Virus record (IMG/VR): IMGVR_UViG_3300042366_001770
Coordinates: 1 to 64,000 of that record
Source of the DNA: a virus
Taxonomy: Duplodnaviria > Caudoviricetes
Length of the DNA: 64,000 nt
Strand: one strand, 5' to 3'
Below are positions 1 through 11,186 of this stretch, one piece after another. The position numbers and the translations under genes were made by a program. Each line of letters opens with the position of its first letter. Position 1 is the stretch's first letter. A model generated the notes under the pieces. It was not told the origin of the DNA. It saw only the letters and a program-made list of their open reading frames with translations, and made no database searches.

Positions 1-630
1 TTAGACCGTACAGAACCTATCATTTGGTGCCTCAATAATCTGTTCCAAATCTTGTTTATTTAAAGACGCTAGATTTGTAAGAACGTCTTTTAGTCTTAAA
101 TTTTCTTCTTCTAGAATTTTAATTATTTCATTGGCTTGGTCTAAAGCTTTATGCAAGTATTTATTTTTTATGATTAGTTCATCTGTTATTGACTTTTTGA
201 AATTTTGCATAGCATATCTCCTAGAAGGATTCAAGTCAACGATTGATGAATAATAATACACCTTATAGGTCTAGACTGCAAAGAAAAGACTTTAGTTCTT
301 TAAGTTGTTTATTGCTCAATACCATATAATCAGCATAGGGTTTGTGTTTCCATAAAACTTGCCAACAGTATCTTATTCTCTGCCATAATGACATCTTATT
401 CTGATAAGCAGCAAAAGTTTCATATATAGCAAAGTCAGCCATTCGTAAACTATGGTCGTATTCTATCATTAGAATTTCACTACGACAATCACAAGGAACA
501 AAAAGAGTTTTATTTTCTCTTAGATTTGTTACGTTTCCCATGTTTAAAAATTCTTTCGTAGTTTTTTGCCCAGGTTTTTTGATCAACACCTTTTGGTCTT
601 TGTTTAGACCCTTTACCATTTTGGGACATA

Positions 631-1191
631 TTATGTCTTTCTCATAATCCAGCTATTATCTATAAATCTAATAATTTCCAAACCATTTTTTCCAGAAAAT
701 TCTTCTATGGCTTGATTAGATTCAGGAAACGGTTTATGTTCTGGATTATAATCATGCCCACATAAGAAACTATCGTTTTTGAGTTTCTCAAAAGATAATT
801 CTATATCTTGCTTTACAGATTCGTAACTATGATTAGCGTCTATATATACTACATCCATATAATTATTTGGAATCTGTTTTAGAAAATCATAAGATGACTT
901 ATTATGAACAGAACACCTGTTATTCAGTATAAATCTGTTTAATCTTTTTTCAGTCTCAGTTATAAGATGTTTAGATAAGTCAACACAATCTATATGTTTT
1001 ATGTTTGGAAATCCTAAAACCATGTTTGCTGATTCGCCAATAAATGAACCTAATTCAACCCAGTTTTCTATTGGACTCTTTATGTCTAGTATATGTATTA
1101 CCATATTTAGAAAACCGACCACTTGACTTGAATCATACATATTCCAGCACGGAAAGAATCTCACGGATTTCGATGGAAAATTTTGTTCCAT
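631..1191 (-). CDS. Class I SAM-dependent methyltransferase (Methyltransf_24-like)
   Basis: Motifs VELGSFIGES, DVVYIDANHSYE and LCGHDY are typical of this family. Confidence 0.8.
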   Translation of the reverse strand: MEQNFPSKSVRFFPCWNMYDSSQVVGFLNMVIHILDIKSPIENWVELGSFIGESANMVLGFPNIKHIDCVDLSKHLITETEKRLNRFILNNRCSVHNKSSYDFLKQIPNNYMDVVYIDANHSYESVKQDIELSFEKLKNDSFLCGHDYNPEHKPFPESNQAIEEFSGKNGLEIIRFIDNSWIMRKT

Positions 1192-1192
1192 A

Positions 1193-1906
1193 TTAGGATT
1201 CTAACACATAGCTCCAGTACCTACTATCGTCTTTCTTTTGTAGAGCGTCCCAGTAAATAGAACGAGCAATATAAGAAGGAACTTTTAGCTTCCCACAATT
1301 AACACTCCAATGCTGCTCCATTTGTTTATACTTTTTAGTGCCTTCTCTACTCTTATTATATGTAAGATGCTCCATGTTGTAAAGCCTAAGTTGATGAACA
1401 TCTCCACACAAAACTCTGCACTCATTAGGGTGAATCATTTCAAGAGCAAAACTAACTTTAGCCATGCCAAGACCCATAATTCTATCGACTATTGAGTCTC
1501 GTTTCCTAACGTGATACTTCTTAGTTGTCAAATAAAAATCTTTTGGGTTTTGCCAGAACTGCTGACTAAAATTCCAAATATATTTGGTACGATTATTATG
1601 GAGACCAACACCGGACGTTGCTAATTTTTGTCTCAGTATTTCCTGATCATCAATCCATTCATTAAAATTCTTAATGGCTTGATAACCGGAACAATTACCT
1701 TTCCAAGTAGTGTGAACAGAGCAATAAGCAAAGAGATAACGCCTAAAAATATCAGCGGTATTCTGTGGTCGTACACTCTCCCAGTATTCTTTATATGAGA
1801 CAATCTTTTCTCTAGGGAAGTTTGTAAAAAATTCATCAGCCTTGCTCCTGCAATAATTGGTTTTCTTTTCGGTCTTTTCCAAGAGAGTATCCATTGTATG
1901 CTCCAA
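1193..1906 (-). CDS. HhH-superfamily DNA glycosylase/lyase (Ogg-like)
   Basis: HhH motif IMGLGMAKVSFALEM followed by VLCGDVH (catalytic Asp position). Confidence 0.65.
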   Translation of the reverse strand: MEHTMDTLLEKTEKKTNYCRSKADEFFTNFPREKIVSYKEYWESVRPQNTADIFRRYLFAYCSVHTTWKGNCSGYQAIKNFNEWIDDQEILRQKLATSGVGLHNNRTKYIWNFSQQFWQNPKDFYLTTKKYHVRKRDSIVDRIMGLGMAKVSFALEMIHPNECRVLCGDVHQLRLYNMEHLTYNKSREGTKKYKQMEQHWSVNCGKLKVPSYIARSIYWDALQKKDDSRYWSYVLES

Positions 1907-1931
1907 AATTAGTAAATCGACAACACTACCG

Positions 1932-1960
1932 ATTCTACACTGTTAGTATCGGCTTGTCAA
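1932..1960 (-). promoter_or_regulatory. sigma70-type promoter TTGACA-N17-TAGAAT with GCCGATA in the spacer
   Basis: Minus strand reads TTGACA AGCCGATACTAACAGTG TAGAAT; representative of a recurring phage promoter class. Confidence 0.75.
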
Positions 1961-1971
1961 GACCTGTTTCT

Positions 1972-3342
1972 TTAGATTGTTCTGCTGCTACCGTGTAAGA
2001 TTTTAAAAGTTGGAAAGCGTAAAGACAAACCTCCATCTTGGTTTTTACTCTCGGTAAAGTATTGAACCGTGATAATCTGTCCAAGAATTTTTCTAGGATT
2101 CTTATAGAATTCTTGACGCTGTTCAATACTAAATCCACTACCAACACGCACGCTATACCCCTTGTGATTAATAGTTACACAACTTAACATGGTTTCTTCA
2201 TGCTCTTTACCATTTAGAATATATCGAAACGGACCCATTTCTGTGTCTACCACTTCATATTCATCATCAAAGAAACTTTTATACTTTAGTAAATCCTTGC
2301 TTCTTTTACCCTTATATGGAGCATCAGATCGAAGCATAACACCTTCCCATCCCAATTTATCTGCTTTAGCAGTCCATTCGGCAAAATGATCATCATCAGC
2401 AATAAATTCTTGATCTAGAACAGAAAGACATGGACATTCGTTGTTCCTCATTTGATAGCACAAACTTTTATAGCGATAAGAATATGTGTTACTAGGATTC
2501 CCTTTTTTGCTATAAAATTCATCATGACTAATCATATCAAAAATCTTATACGATGGATTTGGAATAGTATGATCTTTCCTCTTGAGTTGCTTCATAATTC
2601 CCTGAAAATCTTCGTTACCATCTTCGTCAACAAGACAAAGCTCACCATCAAGCACTACATTAGAGATACCAAGAGCCTTAATGCCACCAGCAACAACATC
2701 GAGAGTATCAAAACTCTTTCCTGTACGGGAGTAGAAAGTAGTGCTACCATTATCATCAACAATAGCAATACATCTAGCACCGTCAATTTTGCGACTAACA
2801 TACCAACCGTCCTTCCAATCTACAATATCTGGATCATATTTATCAGCAAGTGCGACACTAAACTCTGGAATATGATCTGGAATAGCCTTATTAATAATCT
2901 TATCTCCAGCCCTTGTCTTCAAATCTTTATCAATGATACAATGAATAAGTTCTTCAATATTGGATTTATTCGAGTGAGCATCTATAAAGGAGTTTATTGC
3001 TCCAATAGCATCATGACCCGTAATAACACGATTCTTTAAATCATTCAGCAAATCAAAGAAATTTTTGTATGACTTGCCTCTAAGAAAGTTTTTCTTTTTT
3101 AGATTGTCGCTAGTAACATTATACTGCCAAAGAGGATGATATGTATAGAGCAGAATTTTTTTAGCAAAATTTGCGGCCTCACTATTGTGGTTGCAATAAT
3201 CCTCAATAATTCCTTGCTTGTCAATAGTGCTGCTAGTTGCCCTAAGATCGCGTACCATTCCCCAAACATAATTAAAATCGTGAATCATTCCAATAGTCTC
3301 CTGTGTTTCAACCATCATAGCATACAACAAGCCGCTTGTCAA
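1972..3342 (-). CDS. lig: ATP-dependent DNA ligase
   Basis: Adenylation motif RKIDGAR, plus LDGEL, EGVMLR, LLKYK and OB-fold VGSGFS and SLRFP motifs. Confidence 0.95.
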   Translation of the reverse strand: MTSGLLYAMMVETQETIGMIHDFNYVWGMVRDLRATSSTIDKQGIIEDYCNHNSEAANFAKKILLYTYHPLWQYNVTSDNLKKKNFLRGKSYKNFFDLLNDLKNRVITGHDAIGAINSFIDAHSNKSNIEELIHCIIDKDLKTRAGDKIINKAIPDHIPEFSVALADKYDPDIVDWKDGWYVSRKIDGARCIAIVDDNGSTTFYSRTGKSFDTLDVVAGGIKALGISNVVLDGELCLVDEDGNEDFQGIMKQLKRKDHTIPNPSYKIFDMISHDEFYSKKGNPSNTYSYRYKSLCYQMRNNECPCLSVLDQEFIADDDHFAEWTAKADKLGWEGVMLRSDAPYKGKRSKDLLKYKSFFDDEYEVVDTEMGPFRYILNGKEHEETMLSCVTINHKGYSVRVGSGFSIEQRQEFYKNPRKILGQIITVQYFTESKNQDGGLSLRFPTFKILHGSSRTI

Positions 3343-3362
3343 GTATCGTCATTTGCTGGTTG

Positions 3363-4073
3363 CTAACTTAAATCAAAAATCGTCAATGTGTCGTACTTAG
3401 ATTGATGAATATAGATCGTATTAATATAATTACTAAAATATTTTTTATAATTATGCTTATAAAAGTATTCATCACAATATTTAGTTATGGTTTTATTAAA
3501 ATTTGGATTTTTGTCGTGTGTTTCTACTATACAAACTTCAGGACTATGTTGGGATATGTCATAATTTTTAAGAACTTCTATCTCATAGCCTTCTACATCA
3601 AGCGATAATAAATTATATTTTGATATATCTGATAATATATTATTTAAAGTTTTAACCTTGATCTGTATAAATTCTTTATTTGGCATACTGTACATACAAG
3701 AGAATTCATTATCTAGATATAGTTTAGCGATGTGGTCGGATGATCCCGCCGCACATTCATGCAAAGTATATGATTTAATTGGTTGACAATTTTTTTTCAA
3801 AGATTCTATCGAGATAGGATTTGGTTCAACATAAATACCATACCAATTATTTCCTTTAAATAATCTATATGTATTACTATACGTTATACCATCAAACGCT
3901 CCAACATCAACAAAAATTTTTTCTTTGGATTGTGAATATATTTTTTTGAATAGTTCCCAATAGATAAATTCTGGAATTTGAATAAATTCTGTATCAAATA
4001 GTTTAGGCACTTCAGGCACCGACTTGGGTTTTATTGATATGTGGCAACTGATCTGTTTCAAAAATAAATCCAT
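3363..4073 (-). CDS. FkbM-family methyltransferase
   Basis: Motifs FVDVGAFDGITYSNT, GIYVEPNP and LLSLDVEGYE. Confidence 0.85.
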   Translation of the reverse strand: MDLFLKQISCHISIKPKSVPEVPKLFDTEFIQIPEFIYWELFKKIYSQSKEKIFVDVGAFDGITYSNTYRLFKGNNWYGIYVEPNPISIESLKKNCQPIKSYTLHECAAGSSDHIAKLYLDNEFSCMYSMPNKEFIQIKVKTLNNILSDISKYNLLSLDVEGYEIEVLKNYDISQHSPEVCIVETHDKNPNFNKTITKYCDEYFYKHNYKKYFSNYINTIYIHQSKYDTLTIFDLS

Positions 4074-4674
4074 GAGGCAGAAAAAACTCTGTTATCTTTG
4101 AGAAAGAATCTTTTTCTATATCAAAAACCAATAGTTTCCTTGGGGTGCTTGCAAAGTAAGAAACAACAGTCTCATGATGATTGTACCACTCTTCTTTCCA
4201 TAAGTTAATTATTTGATTAGTATCATCAATATCATACGCCTGTTTATGATATTCTATATACGGAATTTGAGTTTGTAATTTTTTTGTAAAACCATATTTC
4301 ATTGGAGAAAAATCACACATATGTTTCATTCTACTAGATATCCAATTATCAACATTTCTTGTATTTAAAATAAATTTACTATTTGGATAATGAACATCTA
4401 GTAAGTCAAAATAATCTTTTGATATTGAGACAAAATTAATTTTTTCATTTTTTGTTCTAAAACATTCCATATCACTATAAACAGAATAGGACTCGTATCC
4501 CTCTAATGGTTTTTTACCAGATAAAATATTATCATGAATATCTCTTGCAAGATACCCTCGATTCCAATGTATACTAGTAATTAATGGGGAACAATAATTG
4601 TTAAATAATTCATGAAACGAATTAGTGCCACACTTATTAAAGCCTATAAGAAAGATTCTCAGCTTGTCTTGCAT
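4012..4674 (-). CDS. Sulfotransferase-family protein
   Basis: N-terminal PAPS-binding loop IGFNKCGTNS, then YPNSKFILNTR..WISS, and C-terminal LPHIN. Confidence 0.7.
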   Translation of the reverse strand: MQDKLRIFLIGFNKCGTNSFHELFNNYCSPLITSIHWNRGYLARDIHDNILSGKKPLEGYESYSVYSDMECFRTKNEKINFVSISKDYFDLLDVHYPNSKFILNTRNVDNWISSRMKHMCDFSPMKYGFTKKLQTQIPYIEYHKQAYDIDDTNQIINLWKEEWYNHHETVVSYFASTPRKLLVFDIEKDSFSKITEFFLPHGFIFETDQLPHINKTQVGA

Positions 4675-5339
4675 AATGATATAGTTTTATTTATAATTCT
4701 GTTTTTAAAATAAGTATCATGTGTTTCACCAGTTAAATTAAACATATAGTCAACAATATAATTTAAAGACTCTTTACTCCATTGTTTTTCGTGTCTTTTA
4801 TGATATAAAAATGGACAATGGATTCTATAAATTGGTATATTTTGTTGAACAGCCAAGAATGGCAACCACCAGTCCCAACCACATAATCCTATGCAAAAAT
4901 TATCGTCCTGTGGAACAATTATATCGTTTAAAATAAAAAAATCTATTCCGCCATCATTGATTGATAAATTAGTATTAAAATTATCATCGTAATTAAATCT
5001 ATGTCCTATAACAATTCCATTTTGTGAAGTTTCTATAATTTGATTCCAAAATGAAGTATTTGTATCAATTTCTATATCACTATTAATTAATACAAACTTT
5101 TGATAATATTTTTGTGCTGTGTGTACAATATCATGAATAGCATGTGTCTCTTTGCCAAATCGAGATACTGATCTTAAAAAAACAGATTGTGTATTTTGAA
5201 CAGTAATTTCTTTGTCAATATTTTGAATGTTATATATTTTACTAGCATAGTTATCCCATGAAGTATAACGATTATCTTTGTTAGTGTAAAAAGAGGTAAA
5301 AAACGGCAATTGGTATTTATTCATCTTCTTTCCTATCAA
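4659..5339 (-). CDS. Putative GT-A glycosyltransferase-like protein
   Basis: LINSDIEI (DxD-like), GIDFFI and IGLCGWDWWLP..LYHKRH; lies in a glycan-modification cluster. Confidence 0.5.
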   Translation of the reverse strand: MIGKKMNKYQLPFFTSFYTNKDNRYTSWDNYASKIYNIQNIDKEITVQNTQSVFLRSVSRFGKETHAIHDIVHTAQKYYQKFVLINSDIEIDTNTSFWNQIIETSQNGIVIGHRFNYDDNFNTNLSINDGGIDFFILNDIIVPQDDNFCIGLCGWDWWLPFLAVQQNIPIYRIHCPFLYHKRHEKQWSKESLNYIVDYMFNLTGETHDTYFKNRIINKTISLCKTS

Positions 5340-6249
5340 TCCAGTATTGAATAAGATCTTTATTATTTTCGTTTATTATATTAATTTCTAATACTCCATC
5401 ATCGTTATAGAATAAATTAAAAACACCTGAGATATATGCGCTTCTTTGACCATATTTTCTGTTTTCTTTAGCTCCATGTTTTAAATGAAGTATGTTAGCA
5501 TCTGGTAAATAAGATATTTTGTTTAAAGAAGATACAGATAGTGCATTTTTTTTATATTCATTCCAATTTTTTCTAATAAGACTACATCTTGGACCCATTA
5601 AAAATTTTTGACAATCGGAGGGCGGATCATAGTTATCAATAAATGAAGCCCAAAATAAAGTATCACCATGTCCTGTTATGCCGTGATCAAAAATTCCACC
5701 AAGCTTATGAAAAAACTCTCTATCTATTGCAGTACAATATCCTGTGTGATGAATTAATAATTCTATCTGTTCATTATTTTTAATAGCTTTAATAAAAGAA
5801 TACTTTAATGTATTTATATCTATATCTTTTTGTTCAGTAATAGAATCTATATCCCTATATGAGTAATCCATATTATGAACTAAATAATTAGTTTCTAATA
5901 GTTTTCTTGTGTTATTTATCCAATTTGAGTCGGAACACACGATATCCGAATCCATAAATATAATCTTGGTAAATTTACTTGGAATAATCTTTTCTGCTAT
6001 ATTCCATAGATTTTCTTTAGAAAATAAAACGCTGTTTGATCTGACGACATGCGCATTTTTTATGACAGGATATTGATTTGGATAAATTAATTCAACAGTA
6101 TAATATGGTATACTGTATTTATCAAATTCTTTTTGAATAATTTGTATATTTTCTAGCGGCTTATGATATTTTAATGGATTAAAATAGCACATCGCTATGC
6201 AAATATCGTCTGCTAGTAATTTACTATAGCCATTATATTGTAATATCAT
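5317..6249 (-). CDS. Putative GT-A glycosyltransferase
   Basis: KENLWNIA, IIFMDSDI (DxD), LGGIFD..GHGD and ILHLKHG. Confidence 0.6.
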   Translation of the reverse strand: MILQYNGYSKLLADDICIAMCYFNPLKYHKPLENIQIIQKEFDKYSIPYYTVELIYPNQYPVIKNAHVVRSNSVLFSKENLWNIAEKIIPSKFTKIIFMDSDIVCSDSNWINNTRKLLETNYLVHNMDYSYRDIDSITEQKDIDINTLKYSFIKAIKNNEQIELLIHHTGYCTAIDREFFHKLGGIFDHGITGHGDTLFWASFIDNYDPPSDCQKFLMGPRCSLIRKNWNEYKKNALSVSSLNKISYLPDANILHLKHGAKENRKYGQRSAYISGVFNLFYNDDGVLEINIINENNKDLIQYWIDRKEDE

Positions 6250-6270
6250 ACTGTTGTTACTTTGTAAGAA

Positions 6271-6622
6271 TGGAGGCGAGGGGAGTCGAACCCCTGTCCT
6301 ATCAATAGATCCATATACTTTCTACAAGTTTATTTCGTTTTTTATCAGACTAATCAAACTCCAACGAACAGGATTTTGTTTAGACTTTTCAACCTATTAA
6401 TCTTAGTTAAGATAAGTTGACCATCTTAACCCAGCAGGATTTTACGACAATCTTTTAGACGCTCCCTGCATCGCTTCCTAAGATTGTTACTGCTTAATTA
6501 AGCAGCAAGGGCTAACTGATGACTGCCAGTTAAAGCATTTAATCGACTTTTAAAGTGGCCGGTCGATAAACCACTACTTGCTTATATAGTTCACTAATTG
6601 TAGTCGAAACCTTTACGCCCCC
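6271..6622 (-). ncRNA. ssrA: tmRNA; predicted tag (A)GSHQLALAA
   Basis: 5' GGGGGCG pairs with 3' CGCCUCC-A giving the G3.U70 Ala identity. T-arm GGGG-UUCGACU-CCCC. pk1-like GUGG/CCAC plus UCGAC/GUCGA. Internal ORF after UAACU reads GGC AGU CAU CAG UUA GCC CUU GCU GCU UAA. Length 352 nt; CCA not encoded. Confidence 0.93.
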
Positions 6623-6849
6623 TTTTTTATAGTATTGATGTTGATAAATCTTCTGGTTCTTCTATTTTAGGTATAAGATATGGTTGATCTTTTGGAACAA
6701 AAATAATTTGAATATTACAATTTGCTTCTAGTTGTTTTAATAATTTAGTATTACGATTATATTGAGCGAAGTTCAGCCCTACAGAAATCATAAACAATCC
6801 AATAAAAATAAGCTTTAAAGGATGTAATGTTTCTAAGAATCGTACAATA

Positions 6850-7302
6850 TCAAACTTCATTGATATCAGTTACACCTTTATCCTTTCTCTGGTATAAATA
6901 GTTAAACAACATTGCAGCCCCTTGATATGAATCTCCGACAGAACCAGCAGCATTATTACATTCCCAACATACCCATCCTCTAAATATTGTGCTATTAGGA
7001 TAGTGATCGCAAGCCCATTTAGTAGGAATTTTATTACAGGATTCACATCGTTCTGGTTTTGAGGGGGCATTTTGATGAACGATTTTTAAATCCTGGTTGT
7101 ATTTTTTGAAACATTCTTTGCATTTAGAATAAAGCTTGCCACGATCCAAAAAGAAACTTTCAACAGGCTTTTCTAGTTTACATATCCTACACACTTTAGT
7201 ATCGCCATCACAATCATCTAACCCTGTTTCTGTCAGAACTTTTAATTCTGGTTGATTTGATTCTTCTTCAGAAAGGTCTGTAAATAAGCGTAGTTGATTC
7301 AT
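6850..7302 (-). CDS. Endonuclease VII-like (His-Me finger) protein with N-terminal Zn ribbon
   Basis: CRIC..CKEC, then CESC..CDH..FRGWVCWECN. Confidence 0.7.
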   Translation of the reverse strand: MNQLRLFTDLSEEESNQPELKVLTETGLDDCDGDTKVCRICKLEKPVESFFLDRGKLYSKCKECFKKYNQDLKIVHQNAPSKPERCESCNKIPTKWACDHYPNSTIFRGWVCWECNNAAGSVGDSYQGAAMLFNYLYQRKDKGVTDINEV

Positions 7303-7309
7303 AGTGATA

Positions 7310-7368
7310 AAAGAAGCAAAGACCCCCGAAAGTGTGCATTGTTAAGAGGCATCGGGGGTTTGCTTTTT
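7310..7368. terminator. Bidirectional intrinsic terminator-like hairpin with a large loop
   Basis: AAGCAAA..CCCCCGA / TCGGGGG TTTGCTT stem with A/T tracts on both sides and a 22-nt loop. Confidence 0.6.
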
Positions 7369-7373
7369 ATTGA

Positions 7374-7604
7374 TTAACGCGAACCATTCTTACGAGAAGT
7401 AAGACCGTACCTAGTTTCACCGAATCGGCCTGTGGTGGTAACAACATTAAAACCCTCTGAGCGTAGTAGTGGCTTAATATCACTAATCGTTGCTCTGAGA
7501 TTACCAACATTAAACATAGCAAAAGCACTATCTTGGCTAAGTGTCTTGCCTCTCATTAAATAATTCATAACCCTATCCTGCTTAGTCAAAGTAGAAGTTG
7601 ACAT
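7374..7604 (-). CDS. Small winged-HTH-like DNA-binding protein
   Basis: Pattern VMNYLMRGKTLSQ..A..FNVGNLRATISDIK. Confidence 0.5.
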   Translation of the reverse strand: MSTSTLTKQDRVMNYLMRGKTLSQDSAFAMFNVGNLRATISDIKPLLRSEGFNVVTTTGRFGETRYGLTSRKNGSR

Positions 7605-7714
7605 TATAGTGTCCTCACAAAATTCTATGGTAGTTTAAAAATTTAGAGAAACAACCTACCACCATGCTGTTTTCTCTATTTTATAGTAGATGAAAGGTCC
7701 AGTATCAGCAAGTT

Positions 7715-8152
7715 TTACTTTTTGTCATACCACATAAAACCAGCCGAACCCAAAAGTACCACTATCATAAAAAATATTTGTATTAGATTTAATCCAAACG
7801 AACGACTGCAAAACATAATAAATATTGCACAAAAAATAGGATATGTAATTTCTATAACTGATGCTTTTACCGAGCCCATTTCTTGAATGGCTTTTATGCA
7901 AAAAAAATTGCCTAAAAGACCACAACTTATACTGGATAGTAACCAAAAAAATCCTTTTATATCACATGAATAGATTGATTTATCTTGCAAGTTTGTTGTG
8001 CTAAAAAAATAAATCGACCAGAAAATAGCCGTAGCAATTCCTGTTAAAAAAAAGAACAGTTTTTTATCTATGGTCTTTAGAGCATATTCACAAGAACCAT
8101 AAGAAACCCCCCAAAAAATTGCTGTCAATATAGCTGGTAAATAATATTTCAT
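7715..8152 (-). CDS. EamA/DMT-like small membrane protein
   Basis: About five hydrophobic segments; AIFWG near the N-terminus and KAIQEMGSVKASVIEITYPIF. Confidence 0.65.
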   Translation of the reverse strand: MKYYLPAILTAIFWGVSYGSCEYALKTIDKKLFFFLTGIATAIFWSIYFFSTTNLQDKSIYSCDIKGFFWLLSSISCGLLGNFFCIKAIQEMGSVKASVIEITYPIFCAIFIMFCSRSFGLNLIQIFFMIVVLLGSAGFMWYDKK

Positions 8153-8302
8153 ATGTTATTATCATTATTTCGACAATATTTTATTAACACTTCCTTTAGA
8201 TTATCCAACTTGGTTTTCATTTCTTCGCATTTTTTGCAAAGTTCTGTGTTGATATATTCTTGTAGATAATCTATTTGTTCTTTAATTTCCGACAGTTGTT
8301 GA

Positions 8303-11026
8303 TTATTCATTGGGTAAAGAATTTATTTTTTGCTGGCCGTAATTATTAGAATTAAGCCAAAAAACCATATCATTCAGTTCATCGTCCCATGCACATTCTA
8401 TTTTATTGGACGCCGCTAACTTTGCAAGACCAGTTTGATAAATTGTATCACGAATGTCTTCAAAAATACTATCAAAAATTTCTTCCGTTATAAGATAACA
8501 GCCTGTTTCATCTTGACCAATACTCTTATTGATGACCATTTGCTCTACTTGAGGCAGTGTTATAAACTCATTTAAGTTTTCTGTATAATTTTCACAGATA
8601 CTTTCAGCCGCATTATTTCTAATAGTAGTAATAAAACCAGTCATATCCGAGATAGAAAATGTTTGCATATTAGTCTCCAATATTAATCTCTATATACACT
8701 ACTATTAATGTCATTTAGTATATTTACAATTTGTTCTTGAAAAGTAGTATCTAGAATTCTTGACATATCTTCTATAGATTTTGTGCTTAGTTCTGGAAAA
8801 TGAGTAGTTATGATTCTATGTGTCTGATATAAGGAACTGCTAATTTTATCACGGTAATCCTTGATAAGACTAGTCTGATGCATTAAATCATGTAATCTTG
8901 TCATTGCTAGTTATTCTCCAGATTTTTAGGTTTCAACTTTAAAAGCTTATGCTTAATCTTCCAGACCCCCGTTTCTTTGTTTTGCATATCCGGTCCCATA
9001 TAAATATGGCAGAACCCTTGGTGTTTGTCAAGACCATATGCACGAATTCCTTGGTCATCAATACTCTCTACAGCAAACCTGCCACGATAACCCATAGGAA
9101 TAAACTCCCCCTTAGAAACAAAGTATGGGCCACCAGCAACCTTGATTTTATCTCCGTTTTGAAGTTCTCTCCAATTAAAATCTTTAACAATCTTAGTGTT
9201 CTTTTTTTCCTTAGCCTGAACCTTAAAAATAAAAGTAGTGTTGCACTTAGGACACATATAAGCCCTTGGACCAGTGCAGTGACCACAATTATCGCAGCAT
9301 TTTTGACCTTTAGGCATCTTGGTTCTCCTTGTCTCCTGTGAATCGGTTTAAAACCAGTATATCACACTTATCGGCATTGTCAAGTCCGCACTTTAGATTT
9401 TGTTTGACTCTCCGCTTAGAGGGTCTTTCTGGTATGGATATTTAAATGGTCCTAAATATGATTTTCTTTGATTTTTAATCCATTCTAATACGTCATCGAA
9501 ACATCTTTCGCATAGTTGAATATCAAATTTACTACCATCTTTTGATGAAAGATATCCCCACACAGCTTCTAGATTAGCGCATTCTGTTCCAAAATTATCG
9601 TCTGTACAACATGATCCACACATATCACAATAAATTTTATCTATTACTTGTTTATATTCTTTTTTATGTGTTTTCATGACCAATCATTTTTATAAAGACC
9701 GGGTTTTAATCTTGGTTCATATGGTTTAATTGTCCATCCTAAATCCAGTAAGTCTTTTTGTATTTCTGCTGTGACTACGCTTTCATTACCAGAACAATAA
9801 AAGTCTAAATAGTTCTCCCCTTGTTTTCTTAGGTCTGCAACTATACCTCCAGATTGTCTCCAACTACAAGTCCATTCCTTATCATCCTTAAAAAATCTGT
9901 TATTGCATAATGCGCCATATAAGTCTCGTGCATAAAATGGATCTTGACATTTTCTAATGATATGATCGCTTTTAAATAAATCATATTCTAAATCTACTAT
10001 CATGTCCATAAACTTTTCCTCAGTTTGATTAGCTCAATTAACATGGCCTCATCTTCTGCGTCGTATTGATCTTCTATATGCTGTTTTTTAAGTATGGTCT
10101 TATATGAAGTCTTTTTAGATTTATACCCATTCTTCTCTATTTCTTCATATTCTTTAGCCCACCCACTTTTTACTGAAGGATCAATTCTATTAGGTCTTAT
10201 ATTTTTCCACCATTCGTATAGTTTTTTTATCCTACGAGCATCTTTAGCCTGTTTAGATACTATTCTCTTTCCGTTTTCATTCCTATCTTTTAGTTTGCTT
10301 GCCCAATTAAAATAGTCATAAGCAGCCTCAATACATCGTCCATTTTTAAACTTGTATTTTTTATCTGTACCCCAAAGGCTTAGGTGAGCCAATTCTATTT
10401 CAACAAAGTTTATTAGTTCATTGAAAAGACCATGAAGGATACGATCATCGAATTCATAGTAATATCCAGGTTTTAATCCAGTATCAAGATACTGAATTTT
10501 ATCTATCCAACGATTTTTAATATAAACTTTAATTGAATGATACATATCGTATGGATAATATAATATGTTTTGCAGGCGCTTGAGAAATTTTTGTGAGATC
10601 CAATATCTTATTGGTTTTCGTTTTTGTAGATCAGCATAGTATTCGTCCCATGCACCCCATTCAAGAGCTAGAGGCTTTTTTTCTCCTAAAATATATTCAG
10701 CCACTCTACCTGAAGACCAATAATATAATCTATTTCTTAGCATAATTATTTAATAGTAGAACAAATAGTCCATATGCTGTTAATTGGCTGCGTTATCGTA
10801 GTATTGTTTGTATTTTGTAATATAATATATTCTATCATAAAGGAATTTCTTTTAAAATGTCTAGTATTCGTCTGGCTAATGCAGCAGCACCAACAATTCT
10901 ACCATCTGTATAATCTTCACCGTATCCTGTTTTAGATTCATGATCCTTTTGATCTTGAATCTTTTGATTACACAGCTTAATAACTTGAATAATTTTATCT
11001 GAATGATAAGTAATACGTTCGTTCAT
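8303..11026 (-). other. Run of co-oriented small hypothetical phage genes (8303-8680, 8683-8904, 8907-9317, 9393-9683, 9674-10009, 10000-10743, 10835-11026)
   Basis: Tightly packed minus-strand ORFs; 8907-9317 and 9393-9683 carry CxxC Zn-ribbon pairs; no function recognised. Confidence 0.7.
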
Positions 11027-11186
11027 ATGGTCTTTTTAACAATAAATTTTGTTGGATTCTTTATCTCATACAGCATTTCTAGTATAGATTCTGCTGTTTG
11101 ATTGACATGGTTTTTGCCTTCTTCCATGAGTAAGCATTGTGCTAATTTTATTAGATACTCTAATTGTTTTTCTGAAATATGCATCA

